From Actinomycetota bacterium (lineage in GTDB: Bacteria > Actinomycetota > Thermoleophilia > Gaiellales > Gaiellaceae), in the NCBI GenBank assembly GCA_046726435.1, contig JBKPAM010000008.1, positions 2,668-66,667 on the forward strand: a DNA stretch of 64,000 nt, read 5' to 3'. Each line of letters opens with the position of its first letter. The stretch's first letter is position 1. Below are positions 37,350-46,743 of this stretch, one piece after another. Under the pieces are notes generated by a model. That model ran no database searches, was not told where the DNA came from, and was given only the letters and a program-made list of their open reading frames with translations. A program made the translations under genes and the position numbers.

Positions 37350-37442
37350 CTTGAACCCGACAGCTCCGACCGGTCATTTCAGACGGAGGCGCGGCAAAGC
37401 CACGCCTCCTGACAGCGGCACCGCAAGCGGCGCCTTGGAACT

Positions 37443-38525
37443 GTGACGCTGATGCTGACGACCGCCGGCGAGTCGCATGGGCCGGCACTCGTCGCGATTC
37501 TCGGCGGGCTGCCCGCGGGTCTTTTGCTCGACCGAGGCGCCATCGACGCCGACCTCGCCCGGCGTCAGCAGGGCTACGGCCGTAGCCCGAGGCAGAAGCT
37601 CGAGCAGGACACGGTCGAGGTGCTCGCCGGCCTGCGGCACGGGCGGACGCTCGGCACGCCGCTCGCGCTCGTCGTCCGTAATCGCGACCACGAGAACTGG
37701 GCGTGGGGGATGAGCCCGTGGCCACCGGAAGGGAAGCCGGCCGGGAAGGGCGCGAAGCCCGTGACGCTGCCCCGGCCCGGGCACGCCGACCTTGCGGGGA
37801 CGCTGAAGCACGGCCTCGCGGATGCACGCGACGCCCTCGAGCGCGCAAGCGCGCGGCAGACCGCCGTGGCGGTGGCTGCGGGCGCGGTGGCGAAGGGGCT
37901 GCTGGCGGAGATCGAGATCGAGGTCACGGGGCGCGTCGTCACCAAGGAGCTGGAGCGGCGCATCGACGAGGCAAGGGCAGAGCGCGACACGGTTGGCGGG
38001 GTCGTCGAGGTGGTCGCGCGAGGTGTCCCGCCCGGGCTCGGCTCGTACGCCTCGAAGGACGAGCGGCTCGACGCGCGGCTCGCGGCGGCGCTGATGGGGA
38101 TCCAGGCGGTGAAGGGCGTCGAGATCGGCGCGGGCTTCGAGCTGGCGGACCGGCGCGGCTCGGAGGCGCACGACGAGATCATGGCGGAGGCGGACGGGAC
38201 GCTCTACCGCGAGACGAACCTCGCCGGCGGGATCGAGGGCGGGGTCTCGAACGGCGAGCCGCTGGTCGCACGAGCAGCGATGAAGCCGCTGCCGACGCTG
38301 ATGCGGCCGCTCCGCTCGGTCGACCTCGAGACGGGCGAGGCCGGCGAGGCGCTGGTCGAGCGCAGCGACGTCGCGGCCGTCGAGGCCTTGGCGGTCGTCG
38401 CCGAGGCGTCGGTCGCCTTCGAGCTGGCGCGGGCGGCACGCGAGAAGTTCGGCGGCGACGCGCTCGGAGATTTCGTCACGGCCTGGCGCGAGTACGTGGA
38501 GCGGATTCCGTGGCGCATGCGCTAG
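37443..38525 (+). CDS. aroC: chorismate synthase
   Basis: LTTAGESHGPAL, RPGHAD; start GTG 37443 or ATG 37452. Confidence 0.95.
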   Translation: MTLMLTTAGESHGPALVAILGGLPAGLLLDRGAIDADLARRQQGYGRSPRQKLEQDTVEVLAGLRHGRTLGTPLALVVRNRDHENWAWGMSPWPPEGKPAGKGAKPVTLPRPGHADLAGTLKHGLADARDALERASARQTAVAVAAGAVAKGLLAEIEIEVTGRVVTKELERRIDEARAERDTVGGVVEVVARGVPPGLGSYASKDERLDARLAAALMGIQAVKGVEIGAGFELADRRGSEAHDEIMAEADGTLYRETNLAGGIEGGVSNGEPLVARAAMKPLPTLMRPLRSVDLETGEAGEALVERSDVAAVEALAVVAEASVAFELARAAREKFGGDALGDFVTAWREYVERIPWRMR

Positions 38526-39916
38526 ACCGGCACGTTGCGCTGATCGGCTTCATGGGCGCCGGCAAGACGACGCTCGGCCGGTTGGCGGCGCACGTGCTCG
38601 GGCGCCGGTTCGTCGACCTCGACCGCGAGATCGAGCGGTCGGTGCAGGCGACGATCCCGGAGCTGTTCGAGCAGCGGGGCGAGGCGGAGTTCCGCGTGCT
38701 CGAGCGGGAGGCGACGCTGTCCGCCCTGCTCAACGATCGGCCTGCAGTGCTGGCGCTGGGCGGCGGTGCGGTCGAGGCCAAGTCGATCCTGCGCACACTG
38801 CGTAAGAAGGCGCTCACCGTGCTCGTGGAGGTCGACCCGGGGACGGCGTGGATGCGGGTGGGGGCGAGTGCCCGGCCGCTGGCGCGCGACGAGGAGCGCT
38901 TTCGCGAGCTCTTCGCCCGGCGGGAACCGGTCTACGCGGAGGCCGCGGACGCGGTGGCGACGGACGTCGACGGAATCGTCCTCGCGGCGGCGGGCATCAC
39001 GGTCGAGGAGGGCTCACTGGCGCGGCTGCCGGAGCTCGTCCCCGACGGGGAGGTGGAGATCGTCGGCGACGCTCGGCTGCTCGGGCTCCACCGACCGCCG
39101 CTCGAGGCGCCGGTGCACGCCCTTCGAGGTGGGGAGGAGGCGAAGAGCATCGGCGCGGTCGAGCGGTTGTGGCGGGAGCTGCGGCTCGGCCGGGAGGGCA
39201 CGATCGTCGCCCTCGGCGGCGGCTGCACCACGGACGCCGCCGGGTTCGCGGCGGCCACGTACATGCGGGGGGTCGACTGGGTCGCTGTCCCGACGACGCT
39301 CGTCGGCCAGGTGGACGCGGCGATCGGCGGCAAGACGGCGGTCAACCTTCCGGAGGGCAAGAACCTGGTCGGCGCCTTCCACTGGCCCGTGAGCACGGTG
39401 ATCGACCCCCTGCTGCTGGAGACGCTGCCGGAGGGCGAGCGCCGTGCCGGGATGGCAGAGGTCGTCAAGACCGGGCTGCTCGCGGGGGAGCCGCTCTGGG
39501 AGCTGCCCACGCCGGGCCTCGTTCGGAAGTGCGCGGCGTACAAGGCGGCGGTGTGCCTGCGCGACCCACACGAGCGCGGCGAGCGGGCGGTGCTGAACCT
39601 CGGGCATACCTTTGCGCACGCGCTCGAGGCGGCGGGCGACGACCGGCGGCCAAGCCACGGCGAGGCGGTGGCGCTCGGGCTGCTCGCCGCGCTGCGCCTT
39701 TCGGGTCTCGAGACCACGGCTGTCGACGAGGTCTTGCAGCCGCGCCCGGTGCAGGTGAACCGTGACGCCGCGTGGGCTGCGCTCGCGCGCGACAAGAAGG
39801 CCCGCCACCGCACGCCGCGGCTCGTCCTCCTCGAGGCGCCGGGGAAGCCGCTGACCGGCGTGGAGCTCCCCGAGAAGGAAGTTCGAGCCGCCCTCGACGA
39901 GCTGATCGCCGACTGA
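38510..39916 (+). CDS. aroKB: bifunctional shikimate kinase / 3-dehydroquinate synthase (single ORF)
   Basis: GFMGAGKTTLG (kinase P-loop), then GGGCTTDAAGFAAATYMRG, PTTLVGQVDAAIGGKTAVN, GHTFAHALE. GTG 38510 overlaps the aroC end by 16 nt. Confidence 0.85.
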   Translation: MAHALDRHVALIGFMGAGKTTLGRLAAHVLGRRFVDLDREIERSVQATIPELFEQRGEAEFRVLEREATLSALLNDRPAVLALGGGAVEAKSILRTLRKKALTVLVEVDPGTAWMRVGASARPLARDEERFRELFARREPVYAEAADAVATDVDGIVLAAAGITVEEGSLARLPELVPDGEVEIVGDARLLGLHRPPLEAPVHALRGGEEAKSIGAVERLWRELRLGREGTIVALGGGCTTDAAGFAAATYMRGVDWVAVPTTLVGQVDAAIGGKTAVNLPEGKNLVGAFHWPVSTVIDPLLLETLPEGERRAGMAEVVKTGLLAGEPLWELPTPGLVRKCAAYKAAVCLRDPHERGERAVLNLGHTFAHALEAAGDDRRPSHGEAVALGLLAALRLSGLETTAVDEVLQPRPVQVNRDAAWAALARDKKARHRTPRLVLLEAPGKPLTGVELPEKEVRAALDELIAD

Positions 39917-40039
39917 GCGTCGCACTTCCGTTTCCGTGTCTGACACCGACCGAAGCGGAAAGGCCTGCTCGTTAGGGGGTTTGTGGAACGTTCGTGACGC
40001 TCCTGTTCGTGTGTCTGACACCGGGGTAGGCTCCCCGCC

Positions 40040-40471
40040 ATGCGCGTGGCCGTGCTCAACGGCGTCAACCTGGACGTCCTCGGGCGCCGCGACCCCGCGC
40101 TGTACGGCGGGCTCAGCCTGAACCAGCTCGAGAGCCGTATCTACGAATGGGGGCGCGACCTCGAGCTCCAGGTCGACTGCCGCCAGACCAACAGCGAGGC
40201 CGAGTACGTCGGCTGGTGCCACGACGCCGACGCGTGGGCCGGTGGCGTGATCGTCAACCCCGGAGCGTGGACGCACTTCAACTACGCGATCCACGACGCG
40301 CTCGAGCTGGTTACGGTGCCGGTTGTGGAGGTCCACCTCTCGAACGTCGACGAGCGCGAGGAGTGGCGCCGGCACTCGGTGATTGCCGACGTCGCGGTGA
40401 CGAGGATCGTCGGGAAGGGGCCCGACGGCTACCGCGAGGCGCTCGAGTTCCTGGCGGAGCAAGGCAAATGA
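40040..40471 (+). CDS. aroQ: type II 3-dehydroquinate dehydratase
   Basis: VLNGVNLDVLGRRDP, NPGAWTH, EVHLSN; TAGGCT 7 nt upstream. Confidence 0.95.
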   Translation: MRVAVLNGVNLDVLGRRDPALYGGLSLNQLESRIYEWGRDLELQVDCRQTNSEAEYVGWCHDADAWAGGVIVNPGAWTHFNYAIHDALELVTVPVVEVHLSNVDEREEWRRHSVIADVAVTRIVGKGPDGYREALEFLAEQGK

Positions 40472-41505
40472 GGCGCATCGATAGCCTCCGCGAGAGCCTC
40501 GAAGAGCCCCTGCTCGTCACGCACGGCGTCAACGTGCGCTACCTCGTCGGCTTCCAGAGCTCGAACGCGGCGCTGCTCGTCGAGCCCGACCGTGTCCGGC
40601 TGTTCAGCGACTTCCGCTACGCCGAGGCCGCGCGCGCCGTGGAGGGAGTCGAGTTCGCCGAGACCAAACGCTCGCTCGCCGTGTCGCTCGCCGAGCTGCT
40701 CGAGGGGCGGATCGGGTTCGAGGCCGACGCCGTCTCATACGCCAACTGGGAGACGCTGAGCGCCGGCGAGGGGCTCGAGCTTGTCCCCCGCCGCGGCCTC
40801 GTCGAAGCGCTGCGCGCGGTCAAGGACGACGGGGAGCTCGACGCGATCCGCCGTGCCGCCGAGATCACGAGCGAGGGGTACGCGCGCCTGGCCGAGGAGC
40901 CCTTCGTCGGCCGCACGGAACGCGATCTCGCGTATCGGCTCGACGGGCTCTTCCACGAGCTCGGCGCCCATGCGCCCGCCTTCGAGACGATCGTCGCCGC
41001 AGGCCCCAACGGCGCCCGCCCGCACGCGCGCCCGACCGACCGCGAGGTCGAAGCCGGCGAGACGGTTGTGATCGACGCCGGCGCGATGGTCGACGGCTAC
41101 TGTGCCGACTGCACCCGCACCTTCGCCACCGGGCCGCTCCCCGACGAGCTGCAGAACGCGTACGCCGTCTGCCTCGACGGCCAGCTCGCCGGCCTCGCGG
41201 CTGTCCGTACGGGAGCGACCGGGATCGACGCCGACACCGCGGCGCGCGTTGAGATCGAGGACGCCGGGCTCGGCGAGCAGTTCGGTCACGGCCTCGGTCA
41301 CGGCGTCGGCCTCGAGGTCCACGAGGCGCCGCGGCTCTCTCGCGAGTCGACGGACACGCTGGCCGCGGGCAACGTCGTCACGGTGGAGCCGGGGGTCTAC
41401 CTCGAGGGGCTCGGCGGCATCCGGATCGAGGATCTCACCGTCGTCGCCGACGGCGGTCCGGAGGTGCTCACGAGCTTCACGAAGGACCTGGTGACGGTCA
41501 GCTAG
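40468..41505 (+). CDS. M24-family Xaa-Pro aminopeptidase
   Basis: VIDAGA..DGYCADCTRTF, HGLGHGVGLEVHE, VEPGVY, IRIED; ATGA overlap with aroQ. Confidence 0.9.
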   Translation: MRRIDSLRESLEEPLLVTHGVNVRYLVGFQSSNAALLVEPDRVRLFSDFRYAEAARAVEGVEFAETKRSLAVSLAELLEGRIGFEADAVSYANWETLSAGEGLELVPRRGLVEALRAVKDDGELDAIRRAAEITSEGYARLAEEPFVGRTERDLAYRLDGLFHELGAHAPAFETIVAAGPNGARPHARPTDREVEAGETVVIDAGAMVDGYCADCTRTFATGPLPDELQNAYAVCLDGQLAGLAAVRTGATGIDADTAARVEIEDAGLGEQFGHGLGHGVGLEVHEAPRLSRESTDTLAAGNVVTVEPGVYLEGLGGIRIEDLTVVADGGPEVLTSFTKDLVTVS

Positions 41506-41516
41506 AGTCGGGCGCC

Positions 41517-42083
41517 GTGGCCGAGACCGTCTCCACGAACCAGTTTCGGAACGGCATGCACATCCAGCTCGAGGGCTCGGTGTGGCGCATCCTCGAGTTC
41601 CAGCACGTGAAGCCCGGCAAGGGCGGCGCGTTCGTGCGCTCGCGCCTCCGCAACCTCGACTCCGGCGCGGTCGTGGACAAGACGTTCCGCGCGGGCGAGA
41701 AGTTCACGCGCGTGCGCACCGAGGTCAAGGAGGTGCAGTACCTCTACGACGCGGGCGACGACGTCGTGTTCATGGACACCGGGACGTACGAGCAGTTCTC
41801 GCTCCCGCACGCGGCCGTGGAGAACGCGCTGCCGTATCTCGAGCCGAGCTCGACGGTGCAGGTGCTGTCGGTCGACGACCGGCCGGCGGGTGTTCAGCTG
41901 CCCTCGTCTGTCGAGCTGGCGGTGGCCGAGACCGAGCCCGGCGTGCGCGGCGACACGGTCTCGAACGTGACCAAGCCGGCGAAGCTCGAGACGGGAGCGG
42001 TGGTGCAGGTGCCGCTGTTCGTGAACGTGGGAGACCGCATCAAGGTCGACCCGCGCGAGGGCCGCTACATCTCACGGGCGTAG
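41517..42083 (+). CDS. efp: elongation factor P
   Basis: FRNGMHIQLEG..WRILEFQHVKPGKGGAFVRSRLRNL; TAGAGT box overlaps the upstream stop codon. Confidence 0.95.
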   Translation: MAETVSTNQFRNGMHIQLEGSVWRILEFQHVKPGKGGAFVRSRLRNLDSGAVVDKTFRAGEKFTRVRTEVKEVQYLYDAGDDVVFMDTGTYEQFSLPHAAVENALPYLEPSSTVQVLSVDDRPAGVQLPSSVELAVAETEPGVRGDTVSNVTKPAKLETGAVVQVPLFVNVGDRIKVDPREGRYISRA

Positions 42084-42330
42084 CCTCGGCCCAGCCACTC
42101 CTCGCCGTCGACGGTGAGGCGTCAGGCGGCGAATTGGGCTACCGAGCGCCTGGCGATGGTGTCGATTACGACGAGGTCGTCGATATCCCGACGCTTGAAA
42201 GGCTCCTCGAGCTCCGCGGAGATCGCGGCCCGGATCTCTACCCCCGTGATCGGCCGCAGGCCGAGCGAGCCGCATCAAAGTGCGAGCGCGCTCTAGGACG
42301 TACTTTCGCGAGCGGCGCTAGGCTCCGGCC

Positions 42331-44139
42331 GTGCCTGCGCTCGTCGACACGACGATCCGCCTGCTCGGCCAGGAGCCGCTGGCGGGCCGGATGCCGACGG
42401 CCGCGCTGCTCCGGCTCGCGGAGATCCTCGACGAAGCCGGCTTCGCGTACCTCGAGGTCTCCGGCGGCGGTGTCTTCGACACGGCCGTGCGGCGGGGAGT
42501 GGAGAGCCCCTGGGAGCGGATCCGCGCGCTCAACGAGCGGACGAAGACGCCGCTCGCGATGGCCCTCCGCGGGCGCTTCCTCGTCGGCTCGCGCCCCGTC
42601 GGGAGCGAGTTCGTCGGCCGCTTCGTCGCCTCCGCCGCCGAAGGCGGGATCGAGGTCTTCCGCCTCCACGACCCGCTCAACGACGTGGAGAACCTGCGCG
42701 AGGCGGGCCGGGCGATCACGGCCGCCGGCAAGGAGTTCGACGCTGGCCTCGTCTTCGGCTCCGGCTACACGAACGAAACCGAGGCGCTCGTCGAGCAGGC
42801 GCGCAAGCTGCCCGAGCTGGGCGCCGCTCGCGTGTTGCTGCACGATCCGTCCAGCTCGCTCCAGCCGCAGCGGGCGCAGGAGCTGGTCGGGACGCTGTCC
42901 GAGGCGAGCGGCCTCCCGGTCGGCCTCTACTGCCAGGGCGCGGGCGGAAACGCGATGGCGGCCGGGCTCGAGGCGGCTCGGGCGGGCGCCTGCCTCGTCG
43001 CGTGCGCCGTCTACCCGGTCGCGCTGACCGTGCACCGGATCTCTGGCGAGGCCCTCTCGACCGCGCTCTCCGGCCTCGGCCTCGACACCGGCGTGGACGT
43101 CGACCCGCTCTGGCGCGCGTCGGAGCTCGTGGACGAGCACATCGGCGATGAGCCCGTGACCCCGCTCGCGCCGCGGATCTCGGTGCGCGCGGCCGAGCAC
43201 CTGGTGCCGCCCGGGCTCGTAGCGTCGCTCGACACGCAGCTGCGCACGCTCTCCGCCGGCGACCGGCTCGACGAGGTGCTCGACGAGCTGACGAGGATCC
43301 GCGAGGAGGTCGGCTGGCCACCGATCGCCTCGCCGATCGGCCAGATCCTCGGCTCGCAGGCACTGATGCACGTGCTCTCCGCGAGCCGCTACCAGACCGT
43401 CGTCGACGAGCTGCGGTTGCTGATCGAAGGACGCTACGGCAGCCCCCCCGGCCCGATCGACGATGCGATCAAGCGTGCGGTCGCGCTCTCGGGCGGGGCG
43501 CCGGCCGAGGAGGCTCCCGTCGACCTCCACTCGCTCCGCGAGGAGGCGAAGGGCCTGGCCTCGAGCGAGGAGGAGCTCCTGCTGCTCGCGCTCTTCGGCG
43601 AGGAGGCCGAGCCGCTGCTGAAGACGATTCGCGGGCGGGCGAGCCGCGAGGAAAGCCTGGCGGCGGGCGGCGTCGACCAGGCCCGCGCGGAGCGGATCCG
43701 CGAGATCGTCCGGATCGTCCAGGAGTCGGGCGTGGGCGAGGTGACGATCGAGGAGGCCGGCATGCGCGTCTCCGTGCGGCGGACACCCGAGCCGCTCGAG
43801 GCCCCGCTCGTCGGCGCGGACGAGAGCGCGCGCGAGCCCGCAGCGGCTGCGGAGCTGCCCGTGCCCGAGGTCGACGGCTTCGTGCGCGTCGAGGCGCCGA
43901 TGGTCGGCGTCTTCTACCGCGCGCCGCAGCCCGGGGCACCGCCGTACGTCGAGGAGGGCGACACCGTCGCGCCGGGCCAGACGCTCTGCGTCCTCGAGGC
44001 GATGAAGCTGATGAACGAGATCAAGGCGGACTTGCCGGGCATCGTTCGCGCCATCCACGTGGGCAACGCGGAACCGGTCGAGTTCGGGCAGCTGCTGTTC
44101 GAGCTCGAGCCCGTCGGCCCGCCGCTCGACGCCGTTTAG
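42331..44139 (+). CDS. OadA/PycB/5S-type carboxyltransferase-like domain (metal ligands substituted) fused to a biotin carboxyl carrier domain
   Basis: ESPWERIR, ALRGRFLVGSR and EVFRLHDPLND align to the 5S/OadA fold. C-terminus has AccB-like linker and EAMKLMNEI biotinylation motif. Occupies the accB slot upstream of accC. Confidence 0.8.
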   Translation: MPALVDTTIRLLGQEPLAGRMPTAALLRLAEILDEAGFAYLEVSGGGVFDTAVRRGVESPWERIRALNERTKTPLAMALRGRFLVGSRPVGSEFVGRFVASAAEGGIEVFRLHDPLNDVENLREAGRAITAAGKEFDAGLVFGSGYTNETEALVEQARKLPELGAARVLLHDPSSSLQPQRAQELVGTLSEASGLPVGLYCQGAGGNAMAAGLEAARAGACLVACAVYPVALTVHRISGEALSTALSGLGLDTGVDVDPLWRASELVDEHIGDEPVTPLAPRISVRAAEHLVPPGLVASLDTQLRTLSAGDRLDEVLDELTRIREEVGWPPIASPIGQILGSQALMHVLSASRYQTVVDELRLLIEGRYGSPPGPIDDAIKRAVALSGGAPAEEAPVDLHSLREEAKGLASSEEELLLLALFGEEAEPLLKTIRGRASREESLAAGGVDQARAERIREIVRIVQESGVGEVTIEEAGMRVSVRRTPEPLEAPLVGADESAREPAAAAELPVPEVDGFVRVEAPMVGVFYRAPQPGAPPYVEEGDTVAPGQTLCVLEAMKLMNEIKADLPGIVRAIHVGNAEPVEFGQLLFELEPVGPPLDAV

Positions 44140-44305
44140 TAGTGCCCCTCCCAGCAATGCACGCCGGTCTCTCGCCCGCTATCACGCTGCGCCAGAGCCC
44201 TCCCTCGCCCTTGTGCAGGCTGCCAGCCTGCGCCGCGGTCGAGTGGGGACTCTGGCTTGGTGCTAGCGACCGAGAGCCTCGGCAGCATCACGGGAAGAGG
44301 CACTG
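44140..44305 (+). repeat. 166-nt palindromic intergenic repeat, copy 1 (MITE-like or structured RNA)
   Basis: 156/166 identical to 48488-48653; terminal inverted repeats TAGTGCCCCTCC / GGAAGAGGCACTG; central hairpin gcaggct-gcc-agcctgc. Confidence 0.9.
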
Positions 44306-45657
<1,352 letters not shown>

Positions 45658-45661
<4 letters not shown>

Positions 45662-45963
45662 CCGAGCCGCTCGTCTTCCGGGGCCCGAATGGGTCGATCA
45701 CGGTCACCGCCGGAGCACTCACGCGGCTCGTCGCGAGCGCGGCCCAGAGCGTCGAGGGGACACGCGTGCGCCGGCCCAAGCGCGGGGTCGAGGTGACGCA
45801 CGGCGACGGCCGCGCGTCGGTCTCGCTCGAGCTCGCCGCCGACTACGGCGTGCCCTTGCCGGAGCTGGCGCGCTCGGTGCAGGAGCGTGTGGCCGACGCG
45901 GTCGCCAGCGTCTCCGGGCTCGAGGTCGAGCGCGTCGATGTCGAGATCGAGGAGATTTCCTAG
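45658..45963 (+). CDS. Asp23/Gls24 family envelope stress protein
   Basis: Family pattern (ITVTAGALTRLVASAA..VEG.., VERVDVEIEEI); TTGA overlap with accC. Confidence 0.8.
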
Positions 45964-46340
45964 TGGCCGGCCGCCGCGCTGCGCGCAGGACCGCGCTCTT
46001 CCTGCTCTACCAGTGGGACGTGACCGGTCAGGAGCTCGCATCGCTGTACGAGGGCGAGATCGATCCGTTCTCGCTCGAGCTCGCCGAGAGCGTGATCGAG
46101 CGGCACGAGGAGCTCGACGCGCGGATCACGGCGGCGGCGAACGAGTGGACGGCCGACCGGCTGGGCTCGCTCGAGCGCAACATCCTGCGCATGGCGATCC
46201 TGGAGCTCGACCGCGGCGCCGTCCCCGTCGAAGTGGCCATCGACGAGGCGGTCTCGCTCGCGAAGCGCTACTCCTCCGAGGACGCGGGCAGGCTCGTTAA
46301 CGGCATACTCGGCCGGATTGTGAAGGAGGCGCCCGCGTGA
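45963..46340 (+). CDS. nusB: transcription antitermination factor NusB
   Basis: RRTALFLLYQWD, LERNILRMAILEL, AVSLAKRY, FVNGILGRI-like C-terminus. Confidence 0.9.
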   Translation: MAGRRAARRTALFLLYQWDVTGQELASLYEGEIDPFSLELAESVIERHEELDARITAAANEWTADRLGSLERNILRMAILELDRGAVPVEVAIDEAVSLAKRYSSEDAGRLVNGILGRIVKEAPA

Positions 46341-46566
46341 GAGTTGCTTTGTGGCCGGTGTTGGAACGGCCGCACCGGCAAAGCCGGCACGGCCTCCAGG
46401 CGGCATCGCGAGCGATGCCTTGGGCCGGCTCGTGAAGGAGGCTCCAGCGTGAGGGTTGCCTTGTGGCCGGCGTTGGAACGGCCGCACCGGCAAAGCCGGC
46501 ACGGCCTCCAGGCGGCATCGCGAGCGATGCCTTGGGCCGGATCGTGAAGGAGGCGCCCACTTGAGC
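46311..46566 (+). repeat. 112-bp tandem repeat, 2.3 copies (46311, 46423, 46535)
   Basis: Each unit carries ggccgg.t.gtGAAGGAGGc.cc..-GTGA/TTGA, i.e. the nusB 3' end plus the SD/start context of xseB. Confidence 0.9.
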
Positions 46567-46743
46567 GCAGAGGAACGGCTAAGGAGCGCGGAGGAGCTGC
46601 TCGACAGGCTCGAGCGCACGCGCGAGCGACTTGAGCAGACGACGGACCCCGACGAGGCGATCGAGATCCTGACCGAGCTGGCCGCGATTGCGAAGGAGGT
46701 CGAGGCACAGCTGCAGCAGGCGAAACGGGAGGCGGAGTCGTGA
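46561..46743 (+). CDS. xseB: exodeoxyribonuclease VII small subunit
   Basis: 60-aa helical protein (AEELLDRLERTRERLEQ..LDEAIEIL..AKEVEAQLQQAK); GAAGGAGG-N7-TTG; position before the prenyl synthase as in many bacteria. Confidence 0.6.
   Translation: MSAEERLRSAEELLDRLERTRERLEQTTDPDEAIEILTELAAIAKEVEAQLQQAKREAES

Noticed and set aside
42094-42240. Minus-strand ORF fragment ..RPITGVEIRAAISAELEEPFKRRDIDDLVVIDTIARRSVAQFAA in the efp/BCCP-fusion spacer.
   Set aside because: The composition looks protein-like. However, the frame opens right after a TGA with no ATG, GTG or TTG start, and no family is recognised. It may be a gene remnant and is not called.
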